Below the pieces are notes generated by a model. It did not search any database. It saw only the letters and a program-made list of their open reading frames with translations, and was not told the DNA's origin. Shown here piece after piece: positions 12,436 through 25,176 of a stretch of 64,000 nucleotides of DNA. Position 1 is the stretch's first letter; the number at the start of each line of letters is the position of its first letter. Source of the DNA: Mobula hypostoma (taxonomy: Eukaryota). The translations under genes and the position numbers were made by a program. The DNA is taken from positions 120,964,001 through 121,028,000 of the forward strand of contig NC_086097.1 of assembly GCF_963921235.1 (NCBI RefSeq), in the 5' to 3' direction.

Positions 12436-13374
12436 AACGTCAATCTCAGAACAATTACTGGAAAGCTTTCAGTAGCAAGAAAAACAAGAAAAAGACAAAG
12501 GAAAGCCTTTGTTTAGGATTGTAAGATTGTGCAATTATGAATTTTACAGCAATGATGCATAAAATGACTTCAATGTGAACTTCTTGTTATTAGTTATATA
12601 AGTCAAAAGTATTCAAACAGCTTTCAGAAAATTCAAGGCTGAGTAGGATTTTATTAATAAAGTCGAAACTATAGTGCAATTTGAACAAAAAAAATAGTAT
12701 TCAATAGAGATGTCACATCATCTTTGAAACTTAAATTGGTGATACAATGGCAGAGGAGATTTAGACAGGGTACAGTTCTTCCAATAAACCCGATCCCAAT
12801 TATAGAAATTACACGTTATTCTTAAGATAAAAATACTTCAAATGGTGTTTTTTTTTAGAATCAGAATTATTATGACATGCACCGAGATACAGCCAAACCC
12901 TTGTCTTGCATATTGATATTGACTTATTGGCTTATTATTATTATTGTTACATGTGCCAAAGTACACTGAAAAACTTGACTTGCATTCCATCCATACTGAT
13001 CATTTCATTATAACAGTGCTTTAAGGTAATTCATAATGGAAACTGCAGTGCTGGGACACAATAAGGTGCAAAACCATAATGAAATAGATTATAAGATTTT
13101 ATCGTAGCAGGGGACCACTCATTAATCTTATAACAGTGGGACAGAAGCTGTTCTTGAGGTTGGTGGTACATTGTTTATATCCTTCTACCTTCTGTTGGAT
13201 AGGAGGGGAAAGAAGAGAGAATGTATGGAGTGTGTTTACCAAAGCAGAAAGAAGAATCAACAGAGTCTTTGGAGCAGAGGCTGGTTTCCATAATATGCTG
13301 GGCTGTGTCTATAACTCACTGCATTTTCCTATGGTCCCACGAGAGCTGTTGCCATACCAGAATGTCATGCATCC

Positions 13375-15488
13375 ATAGAAAAATAGAAACATAGAAAACC
13401 TACAGCATAATACAGCCGCTTCGGCCCACAAAGCTGTGCCAAACATGTCCCTACCTTAGAACTATCTAGGCTTTACCCACAGCACTCTATCTTTCTAAGC
13501 TTCATGCAGCCATCCAGAAGTCTCTTAAAAGATCCTATGGTTTCCACCTCCACCACCGCTGCCGGCAACCCATTCCACGCACTCACCACTCTCTGCGTGA
13601 AAAATTTACCCCTGAGATCTCCTCTGTACCTTCTTCCAAGCACCTTAAAATTATGCCCTCTCATGCTAGCCATTTCAGCCCTGGAAGAAAGCCTCCGATT
13701 ATCCACATGATCAATGCCTCTCATTATCTTGTACACCTCTATCAGGTCACCTCTCATCCTCCGTCGCTCCAAGGAGAAAAGGTCGAGTTTACTCAACATT
13801 TTCTCATAAGGTATGCATCCCAAGCCAGGCAACATCCTTGTAAATCTCCTCCGCACCCTTTCTATGGTTTCCATGTCTTTCCTGTAGTGAGGCGACCAAA
13901 ACTGAGCACAGTACTCCAAGTGGGGTCTGACCAGGGTTCTATATAGCTGTAACATTACCTCTCGGCTCCTAAACTCAATCCCACTATTGATGAAGGCCAA
14001 TGCACCGTATGCCTTCTTAACCACAGAGTCAACCATCGTAGCAGCTTTGAGTGTCCTATGGACTCGGACCCCAAGATCCCTCTGATCCTCCACACTGCCA
14101 ACAGTCTTACCATTAATGCCATATTCTGCCATCATATTTGACCTACCAAAATGAACTACCTCACTCTTATCTGGGTTGAACTCCATCTGCCACTTCTCAG
14201 CCCAGTTTTGCATCCTACCAATGTCCCGTTGTAACCTCTGACTGCCCTCCACACTATCCACAGCGCATCAACCTTTGTGTCATCATCAAATTTACTAACT
14301 CATCCCTCCACTTCCTAATCCAGGTCAATAAAAAAGTCACAAAGAGTAGGGGTCCCAGAACAGACCCCTGAGGCACACTACTGGTCACCGGCCTCCATGC
14401 AGAATATGACCCATCTACAACCACTCTTTGCCTTCTGTGGGCAAGCCAGTTCTGGATCCACAAAGCAATGTCCCTTTGGATCCCCTGCCTCTTTACTTTC
14501 TCAATAAGCCTTGCATGGGGTACCTTATCAAATGCCTTGCTAAAATCCATATACACTACATCTATGGCTCTACCTTCATCAATGTGTTTAATCACATCCT
14601 CAAAAATTTTAATCAGGCTCGTAAGGCACGACCTCCCTTTCACAAAGCCATGCTGACTATTCCTAATCATATTATGCCTCCCCAAATGTTCATAAATTCT
14701 GCTTCTCAGGATCTTCTCCATCAACTTACCAACCACTGAAGTAAGACTCACTGGCCTATAATTTCCTGGGCTATCCCTACTCCCTTTCTTGAATAAGGGA
14801 ACAACATCCACAACCTTCCAATCCTCCGGAACCTCTCCCATCCTCATTGATGATGCAAAGATCATTGTCAGAGGCTCAGCAATCTCCTCCCTCACCTTCC
14901 ACAGTGGCCTGGGGTACATCCCATCCGGTCCCATTGACTTGTCCAACTTGATGCTTTCCAAAAGCTCCAGTACATTCTGTTCCTTAATATCTACATTCTC
15001 AAGCTTTTCAGTCCACTGCAAGTCATCCCTACAATCGCCAAGATCCTTTTCCGTAGTGAATACTGAAGTAAAGTATTCATTAAGCACCTGTGCTATTTCC
15101 TCCGGTCCCATACACACTTTCCCACTGTCACACTTGATTAATCCTATTCTCTCATGCTCTATCCTCTTGCTCTTCACATACTTGTAGGATGCCTTGGGGT
15201 TTCCTTTAATCCTATCCGCCAATGCCTTCTCATGGTCCCTTCTGGCTCTCCTAATTTCATTCTTTGGCTCCTTCCTGCTAGCCTTATAATCTTCTAGATT
15301 CCTATCATTACCTAGTTTTTTTTAACCTTTTGTAAGCTCTTCTTTTCTTCTTGACTAGAAGAACAGCCTTTGTACACCATGGTTCCTGTACCCTATCATC
15401 CTTTCCATGCCTCATTGGAACATGCCTACTCAGAACCCCACGCAAATATCCCCTGAACATTTGCCACATTTCTTCCGTACGTTTCCCA
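13375..15488 (-). mobile_element. 5'-truncated CR1 LINE, subfamily B
   Basis: ORFs 14254-15222 and 13473-14261 carry RT motifs YMDFSKAFDKV and VPQGSVLGP, with frameshifts at about 14265-14335. Reverse tail CATAGAAA repeats. Confidence 0.96.
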
Positions 15489-15733
15489 GATAGAAGGCTC
15501 TCTATGATGCATTGATAGAGGTCCTGGGATGTACAAAATTTTCGTATACTCCTAAGGAAGTAGGAATTATCGTGGACTGTCTTAGTTATGATGTCTACAT
15601 GGCTGGACCAGAACAGGTTAATGGTGATCTTACAAACTTGAAGCTTTCAACTCTCTCAACCTCAGCATCAGAGGTGTATACAGGAGCACAGACACTGCCT
15701 CTTCCAGGAGTCAATAACCAACTCTTCTGTCTT

Positions 15734-16489
15734 TATTATCTAATAAATGCAGATTATTATCTAAATGGAGTCAAGTTAGGAAAAGTGGAAGTACAACGAG
15801 ATCTAGGTGTCCTTGTACATCAGTCACTGAAAGCAAGCATGCAGGTACAGCAGGCAGTGAAGAAAGCTAATGGCATGCTGGCCTTCATAACAAGGGGAAT
15901 TGAGTATAGGAGCAAAGAGGTCCTTCTGCAGCTGTACAGGGCCCTGGTGAGACCACACCTGGAGTATTGTGTGCAGTTTTGGTCTCCATGTTTGAGGAGG
16001 GAGTGCAGCGTAGATTCACAAGGTTAATTCCCGGGATGGAGGACTGTCATATGTTGAAAGATTGGAGCGGACTGGGCTTGTATACACTGGAATTTAGAAG
16101 GATGAGAGGGGATCTGATTGAAACATATAAGATTATTAAGGGATTGGACACGCTGGAGGCAGGAAGTATGTTCCCACTGATGGGTGAGTCCAGAACCAGA
16201 GGCCACAGTTTAAGAGTAAGGGGTAGGCCATTTAGAACGGAGTTGAGGAAAAACTTTTTCACCCAGAGAGTGGTGGATATGTGGAATGCTCTGCCCCAGA
16301 AGGCAGTGGAGGTCAAGTCTCTGGATGCTTCCAAGACAGTGGTGGATAGAGCTCTTAAAGATAGCAGAATCAAAGGTTATGGGGATAGGGCAGGAACTGG
16401 ATACTGATTGTGGATGATCAGCCATGATCACAGTGAATGGCGGTGCTGGCTCGAAGGGCCGAATGGCCTATTCCTGCACCTATTGTCTA
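15734..16489 (+). mobile_element. CR1 3' fragment
   Basis: Encodes ADYYLNG...LEYCVQFWSP...FFTQRVV. Tail TATTGTC. TSD CTGTCTT at 15727-15733 and 16490-16496. Confidence 0.93.
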
Positions 16490-17385
16490 CTGTCTTGCTG
16501 CCATTGAGGGAAATGTTATTGTCATGACATGATGTCATTAGGCTCTCCAGCCAACCCCAAGATTCGGCCCACTATGGTGGTATCATCTGCAAACTAGTAG
16601 ATGGAGGTAGAGCAGTATATGGCCACACAGTCGTGAGTGTACAGGGAGTAGAGTACAGGTGTGAGGAAACAACTTTGTGGGGCACCAGTGTTGAGGACAA
16701 TCGTGGCTGAGTTGTTGCTGCCTATCCTTGCTATTGTAGTCCATTGGTCAAGAGGTCAAGTATACAGTTGCAAAGGGAGGCGCTGACTCCCAGGTCGACA
16801 GGTTTTGAAGATTACTTTGGTTAGAGTATTGAAGGCAGAGCTACAGTCAAAAAACAATAGTCTAGCCATTTGGCTGTAGGCCACCCAAGCAGAATGTGAG
16901 GTGCTGTCCTTCTGATTTATGGTTGGTCTTACTAAGGCAGAAGGGAAGGATGAAATCAGAGACTTGGTGACACTGCTGTATCTAAGCAGACCAGGCTCGT
17001 TGGTTGGAAGTGCCTGTTAATGTGCTGTAGCTCTAAACATAAAAGAACAAAACTTTACACTTGCTCATTTTCTGCAACAGGGAAGTAGATTGGCAGTCAT
17101 TAACAACATTGCGTTATTAAGAGGATACTTACTTTGCTAATCACTAAACCCGTCTGCATGTGGCAAGTTAAATGGACAATTAATATGGAAATGCAGCTAC
17201 ATTATGAAGATTTCAGAGGAGGTTAGAGCTGAGAGTGCTTTTACAGCCCTAATAGCAGAATGGCATAAAATGTCCAGCAGGCCAAGAGCAACTAACATAT
17301 TATGCGGAAATCTTTCCATGATGAGATGCTACGCACTGTTACCTCCCCAGGCAATTCATCACTGAAAGGCAATAGCTCTAGGATT

Positions 17386-17680
17386 CTAAACACAAGAAAT
17401 TCTGCAGAGGCTGGAAATCCAGAGCAACACATACAAAATGCTGGAGGAATGAAGCAGGTCTGACAGCATCTCTGGAGAGGAATAAACAGTTGACATTCTG
17501 GGCCACGAGCCTTCGTTACAACTGGGAAGTAAGGAGGAAGAAGCCAAAATAAGAAGGAGGAGGGAGGGGAAGAAGTTCAAGCTAGAAGATGATAGGTGAC
17601 ACTAGGTGAGGGGAAGGTCAGTGGGCGGAGGAGGATGAGGATAAAGTGAGGAGCTGGGAGATGATATGTAGAAAAGGATT
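17386..17680 (-). mobile_element. Older Penelope-like pseudo-LTR fragment
   Basis: TCTGCAGA.GCTGGAAATCC.GAGCAACAC...TGCTGGAGGAA; hammerhead region decayed. Confidence 0.75.
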
Positions 17681-18036
17681 CTGCGTAGCTTGCTAACGGA
17701 ACTCATCCATGTGAGACGAGACTCCACTGCACACTGTTGTAGATGAGCCAGGTAATGCTTTTTTTATATTACACTGCTGATGACAGAATACGAGGAAGTC
17801 CTCTGCAGGTTAATTAACACTTGAATATGAATGAGAGATTTTTAATATATGTAAATTTACCAATCAGTATAACCCAGAAGAAGTTGATAACTTTGTAAAG
17901 CTCTTTGAGAAATCTCAGTAACATAAAGGTATTGACGTAAACAAAATGATTTCCTTTTTCTAGTACATTGGAAGCCATGCAATCAGATGGTCAATAATTT
18001 CCATTTGCCCTCTCCATTACAGCATAAAATGTGAGT

Positions 18037-18631
18037 TTAAACGCAAACAACAGGAATTCTGCAGATGCTGGAAATTCAAGCAACATACATCAAAGTTGCT
18101 GGTGAACGCAGCAGGCCAGGCAGCATCTATAGGAAGAGGCGCAGTCGACGTTTCAGGCCGAGACCCTTCGTCAGGACTAACTGAAGGAAGAGTGAGTAAG
18201 GGATTTGAAAGTGGGAGGGGGAGGGGGAGATGCAAAATGATAGGAGAAGACAGGAGGGGGAGGGATGGAGCCGAGAGCTGGACAGGTGATAGGCAGAAGG
18301 GGATACGAGAGGATCATGGGACAGGAGGTCCGGGAAGAAAGACGGGGGGGGGGGTGACCCAGAGGATGGGCAAGAGGTATATTCAGAGGGACAGAGGGAG
18401 AAAAAGGAGAGTGAGAGAAAGAATGTGTGCATTAAAAAGAGTAACAGATGGGGTACGAGGGGGAGGTGGGGCCTAGCGGAAGTTAGAGAAGTCAATGTTC
18501 ATGCCATCAGGTTGGAGGCTACCCAGACGGAATATAAGGTGTTGTTCCTCCAACCTGAGTGTGGCTTCATCTTTACAGTAGAGGAGGCCGTGGATAGACA
18601 TGTCAGAATGGGAATGGGATGTGGAATTAAA
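18037..18631 (-). mobile_element. Penelope-like element 3' fragment (end of GIY-YIG ORF plus pseudo-LTR)
   Basis: Near-identical to 37247-37830. TSD AAAATGTGAGT at 18026-18036 and 18632-18642. Confidence 0.92.
18143..18178 (-). ncRNA. Minimal type I hammerhead ribozyme motif (Penelope pLTR)
   Basis: Minus strand reads AGTC-CTGACGA-AGG GTCTCGG CCT-GAAAC-GTC-GACT. Helix I is AGTC/GACT, with core CUGANGA, helix II AGG/CCU, GAAA and a GUC cleavage triplet. Confidence 0.8.
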
Positions 18632-18654
18632 AAAATGTGAGTATTTTATACATA

Positions 18655-18885
18655 ATATAAAAGCAAGGATGTAATGCTGAAGCTTTATAAGGCACTGGTC
18701 AGACTGTACTTTGAATATTATGAACAGTTTTGGGCCCCATATCTGAGAAAAGATGTGCTGGCATCAGAGAGGACTCAGAGGAAGTTAGTGAGAATGGTCC
18801 CAGGAATTAAAGGGCATTTGATAGCTCTAGATTTTAGAAGAATGGTGGGGGGGGAGGATATCATTGAAACCTACCGAATATATAT
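18655..18885 (+). mobile_element. Degenerate CR1 fragment
   Basis: Encodes LKLYKALVRL.FEY.EQFWAPYLRKD. Confidence 0.75.
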
Positions 18886-19765
18886 TGAAACTCTCTTTGG
18901 AGAGGCTAACTTGCTGGCGTTGAATTGCATTGGTGCTGGGGGAGATCCATTACAGGTTTCTGATGAAGGCTCTCTACCCAATTCCTCTACGTAGATGCTG
19001 CCCAACCGGCTGAGTCCTCCGGCCTTAGTTGCGTGTTTCATTACAGCATTATTGTATCGCACACAAAAGATCATTTTAGTCATGGATCTGCAGCAGTGCC
19101 CGAGGCCTAAGACTTTGACCATTACTGAGTTGCCTTCACACACTTTCTTTTAGTCTACGCCATTACCAAGAGCACTGTGATGTACGCCTGACTGCAGTTG
19201 GGGTCTGCCTGTGGGGCCAATGCTCACAGGGGAGAGGGCCAGGGATTGGATGTAGCTGGACTGAGACCTCCTTCAAGAGTGAGATCACTCTCATTGGAAG
19301 GTTGGGGTTTTAGATCATGGTTTTGGTTGGGAATTAGGAATCGTGCTGGGGGCTAGGTTCAGGTCTTTGGTCAGATGGCTAGTATCCACATCCATGGAGT
19401 TATACGGTGTAATAACAGAGGAGCCAATGACAGCATTGACATAGAGGCACAGAATGTATCGTGCTGAATTGGTGTTTCCTTATTTAATGCTAGATTTCAA
19501 AATCAGACGTATGATAAGTGCACAATATGAGGGGTCAGCTATAATCCAGAGCTCGAATGCTTCAGACTTGGAAAACACAACAGGAGGACTGGTCTTCAGG
19601 TAAAACTTTGAACAAGTTTGTATGGGACATAACATATTGGTGTGAACTGCCAGCCGGATGCATAAATAAGATGCACGCAATTACTTAGACAAACTAGCTT
19701 ATATTGTAACTCTATTTTAATATGATCCAGGAACATTTTAATTAGCCCGGGAAAACTGCATATTA

Positions 19766-19911
19766 AAAACTCAAGAAAGTCTGCAGATGCTGGAAATCCA
19801 AAGCAACACCCACAGAATGCTGGAGGAACTCAGCAGGCCAGGCTGTTTCCTCTTCCCCATGGACGCTGCCTGACCTGCTGAGTTCCTCCAGCATTTTGTG
19901 TGGGTTGCTTT
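19766..19911. mobile_element. Palindromic Penelope-derived mini-insertion
   Basis: Inverted arms 19800-19843 and 19868-19911 are both pLTR-terminal sequence. TSD CTGCATATTA at 19756-19765 and 19916-19925. Confidence 0.85.
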
Positions 19912-20103
19912 GAAGCTGCATATTATATTTATTTGCCTGGCAAGATGGAATTGTAAGAAGATTGAAATAAGCCAACTGCAAAACATTTTCATCTTACCCT
20001 ACTTTTTTTGCATTTTAAATGTATTCATACATAGAAAGACAGCAGATGTCGGCTGCTGTCCTTTAGGAGTATAATTGAGTGGAACTTTCTCAAACAGATG
20101 TTG

Positions 20104-21170
20104 TACACTCCTTATCTAATAAGGTGGCCAATGAATGTATGTTTGTGGTCTTCTGCTGCTATGGCTCATCCATGTCAAGGTTCAACGTTGTTGGAATTGG
20201 TTGATTTTTTTAGTATTTTATAAGATATTAGTTGAATTAATGTAAGACTAAAATTATAGTTTTAATTGTAGCTTTTTTCTTACTGACATAACATGTACTT
20301 TTAAAAATTTGTATCTTTAACAAATTCATGTATTTTTCACAGTGTGTGGTGGTTCATCCCCACCTACTGGCAGAAGGTGGTATAGCAGTTATATGTACCT
20401 TTTCATTTTCTAATTGGCTATTAGCACGTTATACGCGTGTTAAAATTGTTTGAATTGTGTAACCTTTTGATTGGATTCTGTTATCGAAGGAATTTCTGTT
20501 ACCTCAACTAAAAAGGTGATAGATTTTTCAAAACGCCATATTGAATCTAATGAATCTCTGTTTTGCTTCTCAGTTCCTCACACTTTCAAATGCTCTGTAT
20601 CTTTGTTTAAACTTTAAAATAAATAGTGAAGAATCAATGAATCAAAGTTTTTCACTCAATCCTGAACTGCTAAAAGAACCCAGGGGTCAAAAATAATCGA
20701 GATCCAATAACCTGCTGAGCATTCAGAGTGGCTCTTCTGCACACCACTGTTGTAATGTGTGGTTATTTGAGTTACTGTCGCCTTCCTGTCAGCTTGAACC
20801 AGTCTGGCCATTTTCCACTGACCTCTCTCGTTAACAAGGCATTTTTACCCACGGAAGTGCTGTCACTGGATTTTTCATTTTTGCTTTCGTCACCATCCTC
20901 TGAGAACTCCAGAAACCGTCGAGCATGAAAATCCCAAGAGATCTGCGGTTTCTGAGATACTCAAACCACCCTGTCTGTCACCAACAATCATTCATGATCA
21001 AAGTCACTTAGATCACTCTTCTTTCCCATTCAAATGTTTGGTCTGAGCAAGAACTGAACCTCTTGATCATGTCTGCATGCTTTTATGTATTGAGTTGCTT
21101 TCATACAATTAGATATTTTCATTAACATGCAGCTGTACAAATGTGCCTAATAAAATAGCCATTGAGTGTC
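20104..21170 (-). mobile_element. Tc1-derived MITE-like element (family of 2772-3342), interrupted
   Basis: Reverse-complement homology to 2772-3342. Ends CTAATAAAATAGCCATTGAGTG. Confidence 0.8.
20188..20712. mobile_element. Unclassified ~525-bp insertion inside the MITE
   Basis: MITE sequence stops at TTCAACG and resumes at TGCTGAGCATTCAGAG. Ends are imperfectly inverted. AATAAA at about 20618. Confidence 0.55.
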
Positions 21171-21468
21171 AGTGGAATACCAAAGGCCAACTTTGTTTCG
21201 GTGGGACCCAGATCCTGACTGTCCAGTAACTATCACAAACACACAAACCCAAACCCAGACCCAGACACAGCTGCTATAAGCATTGTATGTTCTTATTTAA
21301 AATTCTTCTGCATCCAATAAGATCAAGTTCTCAAATTATGAGAAGAGCACATAATCAAAGTTAGCATATGATGACATGAAGGTTGTGGACAGTGTGGAGT
21401 ATTGTTTTAGGTTACAACAGGACATGCTATGTGATAGACTCGTATGTGTTTTGCATAGTGAGGTAATT

Positions 21469-22268
21469 CATAGAAACAAAGAAACATAGAAACATAGAAA
21501 ATCTACAGCGCAATGCAGGCCCTTCGGCCCACAAAGCTGTGCTGAACATGTCCTTACCTTAGAAATTACCTAGGGTTACCCATAGCCCTCTATTTATCTA
21601 AGCTCCATGTACCTGTCCAGGAGTCTCTTAAAAGACCCTATCATATCCGCCTCCACCACCGTTGCTGGCAGCCCATTCCATGCACTCACCACTCTCTGCG
21701 TAAAAAACTTACCCTGACATCTCTGTACTTATTTCCAAGCACCTTAAAACTGTGCCCTCTCGTGCTAGCCATTTCAGCCCTGGGAAAAAGCCTCTGACTA
21801 TCCACACGATCAATGCCCCTCATCATCTTGTACACCTCTATCAGGTCACCTCTCATCCTCCGTCGCTCCAAGGAGAAAAGGCCAAGTTCCCTCAACCTTT
21901 TTCTCATAAGGAATGCTCCCCAATCCAGGCAACATTCTTGTAAATCTCCTCTGCACCCTTTCTATGGTTTCCACGTCCTTCCTGTAGTGAGGCGACCAGA
22001 ACTGAGCACAGTACTCCAAGTGGGGTCTGACCAGGGTCCTATATAGCTGCAACATTGCCTCTCGGCTCTTAAACTCAATTCCGCAATTGATGAAGGCCAA
22101 TTATGCCTTCTTAACCACAGAGTCAACCTGCACTGCAGCTTTGAGTGTCCTATGGATTTGGACCCCAAGATCCCTCTGATCCTCCACACTGCCAACAGTC
22201 TTACCATTAATACTATATTCTGCCATCATATTTGACCTACTAAAGTGAACCACCTCACACTCATCTCA
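21469..22268 (-). mobile_element. CR1 3' fragment, subfamily B
   Basis: Close match to 13375-14170; tail (CATAGAAA)n. Confidence 0.95.
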
Positions 22269-22596
22269 CAGTTCAGAAGTGTTTGGTTATAGAAGATTGA
22301 CTAACAATACAGAAGGCAATTGAGATTAGTACATTTATGGAGATGGCAGCTAAAGAGGCACAGCTATTAAATGCATCTTCCTAAGTTCATAAAGTTTCTA
22401 TTGACTTTAAGAATAAGATAGCTATTGGTAATCTATGTTACCTTCGTGGCAAAACTGAACATTCAGTAAAAGAATGCTGGTATAAGGATTTACATTGCCG
22501 AAGCCGTGGCAAAATGGGACATATTGAACTCAGCAGTAAAAGTAAGAAGATGCTGTCAACCAAAACCACAGTCATAAAGAAGAATTACTTTTGGAA

Positions 22597-23128
22597 TATA
22601 ACCCCCAGGTTCGAGGGGCTGCGTTAGTGTAGGGAAAGATACTCTCCGACCCGTCAAATTTGTGAAATCTCATTTGTGTAGATGCCACAAAATAACAAAC
22701 AGTACACCATATGCAATTAAACGATTTAGCTTTATAATTCTTAATTTGACCGGAGGGTTAGTAAAGAAAACAAAAAGAAAAGGGCCCATTTTAATCAAAC
22801 AGTCTATTGCGCATGTTGGAGCTCATGACTTTCGTTCTTCATTGATTTCCCCTGGGCATCGTCAACTCCTGACACCATCCCACATCCACTCAGTCTCCGT
22901 TTTGGCATCTTCTCTCTCCATCTTCCACTGAACAAAATCCCTGCGAATACCTTCTCTCAGACACACAGGAAAGAAGCATGACGCCTCTCATTGAATGGCG
23001 CACATTCCAAAGCCCCGTTATCCCTAGTCATGACTCAAACAGTGCTGCCACAGAGAAACCATTATATTAGGAGTGAAAGCTTACAGAGAAACCATTATAT
23101 TAGGAGTGAAACCTTACAGAGCGTTACA
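22597..23128 (-). mobile_element. Solo LTR (532 bp) nested in the Gypsy gag
   Basis: Termini T(A)TAAC...GTTACA. 4-bp TSD GGAA at 22593-22596 and 23129-23132. Internal 33-bp tandem duplication at 23051-23116. Orientation is tentative. Confidence 0.85.
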
Positions 23129-25176
23129 GGAAAAACACAAAGAAACAGGAACAAGATGGAGCATATTGAGGACAGACAAAGACGGCTATTTGGTGACCCT
23201 GTGGTTGGATGGGGCCACAGTGAAGATGCAGTTGGACATGGGTGCTGCAGAATCACTGGTGTCAGAGACAGTTTACAAGGAGAAATTCCATCATCTCACC
23301 CCAGATGGAGTAAAGGTTGACTTAAAGACCTATACTGGTGAGGTTGTTCCAGTAAAGGGAGCAGTGCATGTTACAGTGGAGAATAACGAATAGAGAAAGA
23401 AACTTCCACTCTACATTTTTAAAGATAGCTATCCAGCACTTCTGGGCCACTCGTGGTTGGAGCAGCTCAAACTCAACTGGCGCAAAGTGCATTTGATTGG
23501 TGGGAGCACTTATTTACAAGAGGTATTGAAGAAAAACACAGAAGTATTCAATACAGAACTGGGCCTATGTTAAACTGGCTGCTAAGCCCAACATAATACC
23601 CAAATGCCTGTTCAATGCACCCTTAAATCAAAGGTAGAGACTGAATTAGAAACGCTGGTCCAGATTAAGGTATTAGGTAATGAGCAACTTCAGTGGTTCC
23701 TGTCCTAAAAATGGGTAAATATTTAAGGTTTTGTGGAGACTTCAAGGTAATCATTAACCTGGTCCTTATGACTGAACAATGCCCTCTTCCGATCACTGAT
23801 GACCTTTATGCAGGTTTGGCCAGAGGACAGACGTTTAGCTAGATTGACTTGAGTATATTTGCAGATGCATGTGGAGACAGAGTCATGGGAATTGTCGGCC
23901 ATAGTGATTCTTCAGTTACCAAAGGCCTCTTTTTAACATCACTTCAGCTCCTGCGCCTTTTCAGCAAGCAAAGGACCAGCTCCTGATCAGGTTGGCAGAG
24001 GTGAAATGCTATTTGGATGGCTTACTCGTTACTGGGAAAAATGAGCATGAGTGCCTATAAAACTTGGATGCTTCACTACAAAAATGCAAGGAAAATGGAC
24101 TAAAGGTCCGGAAGGGCATTTGACCTTCAACAGAATATTTGGGCCGTAGGATTGATAACTCAGGGCTTCCCAAGGTACCATCAAAAGTGAAAGCAGTCGT
24201 TTCTGCTCCATCACCACAGAATGTAAGACTATTAAGATCTCTCAAAGGACTACTAACATACTACGCAAAGTTTGTTCCTAACCTAGCTAGAATGCTGAAA
24301 CCATTTAATGAGCTTATAAATAATTCAACACAGTGGCAGTGGACAGATTGCTGTGAAAACATTTTTTTAAAAAGGCCAAAACAATTTTGTCTCAATCTGA
24401 AGCAATCACATCCTTCAACCCGTCATTGCCCATGCAGCTGGCCTGCGACATATAACCCTATGGTGTAGGGGTAGTTATCTCAAACATCATGCATCTGGGT
24501 GAAGAGCTTCCAACTGATTTTGCATCGAGGTCATTAATCAAGGCAGAAAGCCACTAACCCCATATTAAGCAGGAAACCCTCGCAGTTATCGTTGGAGTTA
24601 ACAAATTCCATCAATTCTTCTTTGGTCAACGATTTACATTACTGACAGATCATCACTCCATGACATCAACTTTTGGTCCACGTGCAGGTATTCCTTCCCC
24701 GGCTACTAGTCGAATGTACTGTCGGGCTCTGTTACTTTCAGCACATCAGTATGACATAAAGTGCAGGATGTCCAAGCACTATTCAAATACTGGTGGACTA
24801 TCCAGATTTCCCTTTATTGTTAGAGCTCCAGAGCCATCCCCTGTAAGAGTGCTTTTACATCGAAGAAGCACTTACAGTTCCAATAACTGCAGAGCTAGTC
24901 CAGAAGCACACATGTACTGACCCTGTTCTATCTAAAGTGGTGGACATGATAGCTCACGAATGGAAAGGAGAGCCAACCAAAGAAATTTAAACCTTACCAG
25001 GCTCAACAGAAGGAGCTCACAGTCCAAGTAGGATGCTTACTTTGGAATTACCGTGTCGTCATTCCTCCACCACTGAGAAAGCAAGCGCTTGACCAGCTAC
25101 ATGCAGGTGTTGTGGTGCGCGTGAAAGTAATTACACACAGCTACTTCTGGTGGCCAGTACTAGATGTATCCATTGA

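Larger units (their letters stand above)
12860..16870 (-). mobile_element. Old Rex1/Babar-type LINE hosting two nested CR1 insertions
   Basis: Minus-strand LNTGAPQ (about 16680) and FADDTTIVG (16565-16595). Host sequence is continuous across the CR1s at 13375-15488 and 15734-16489. Confidence 0.7.
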
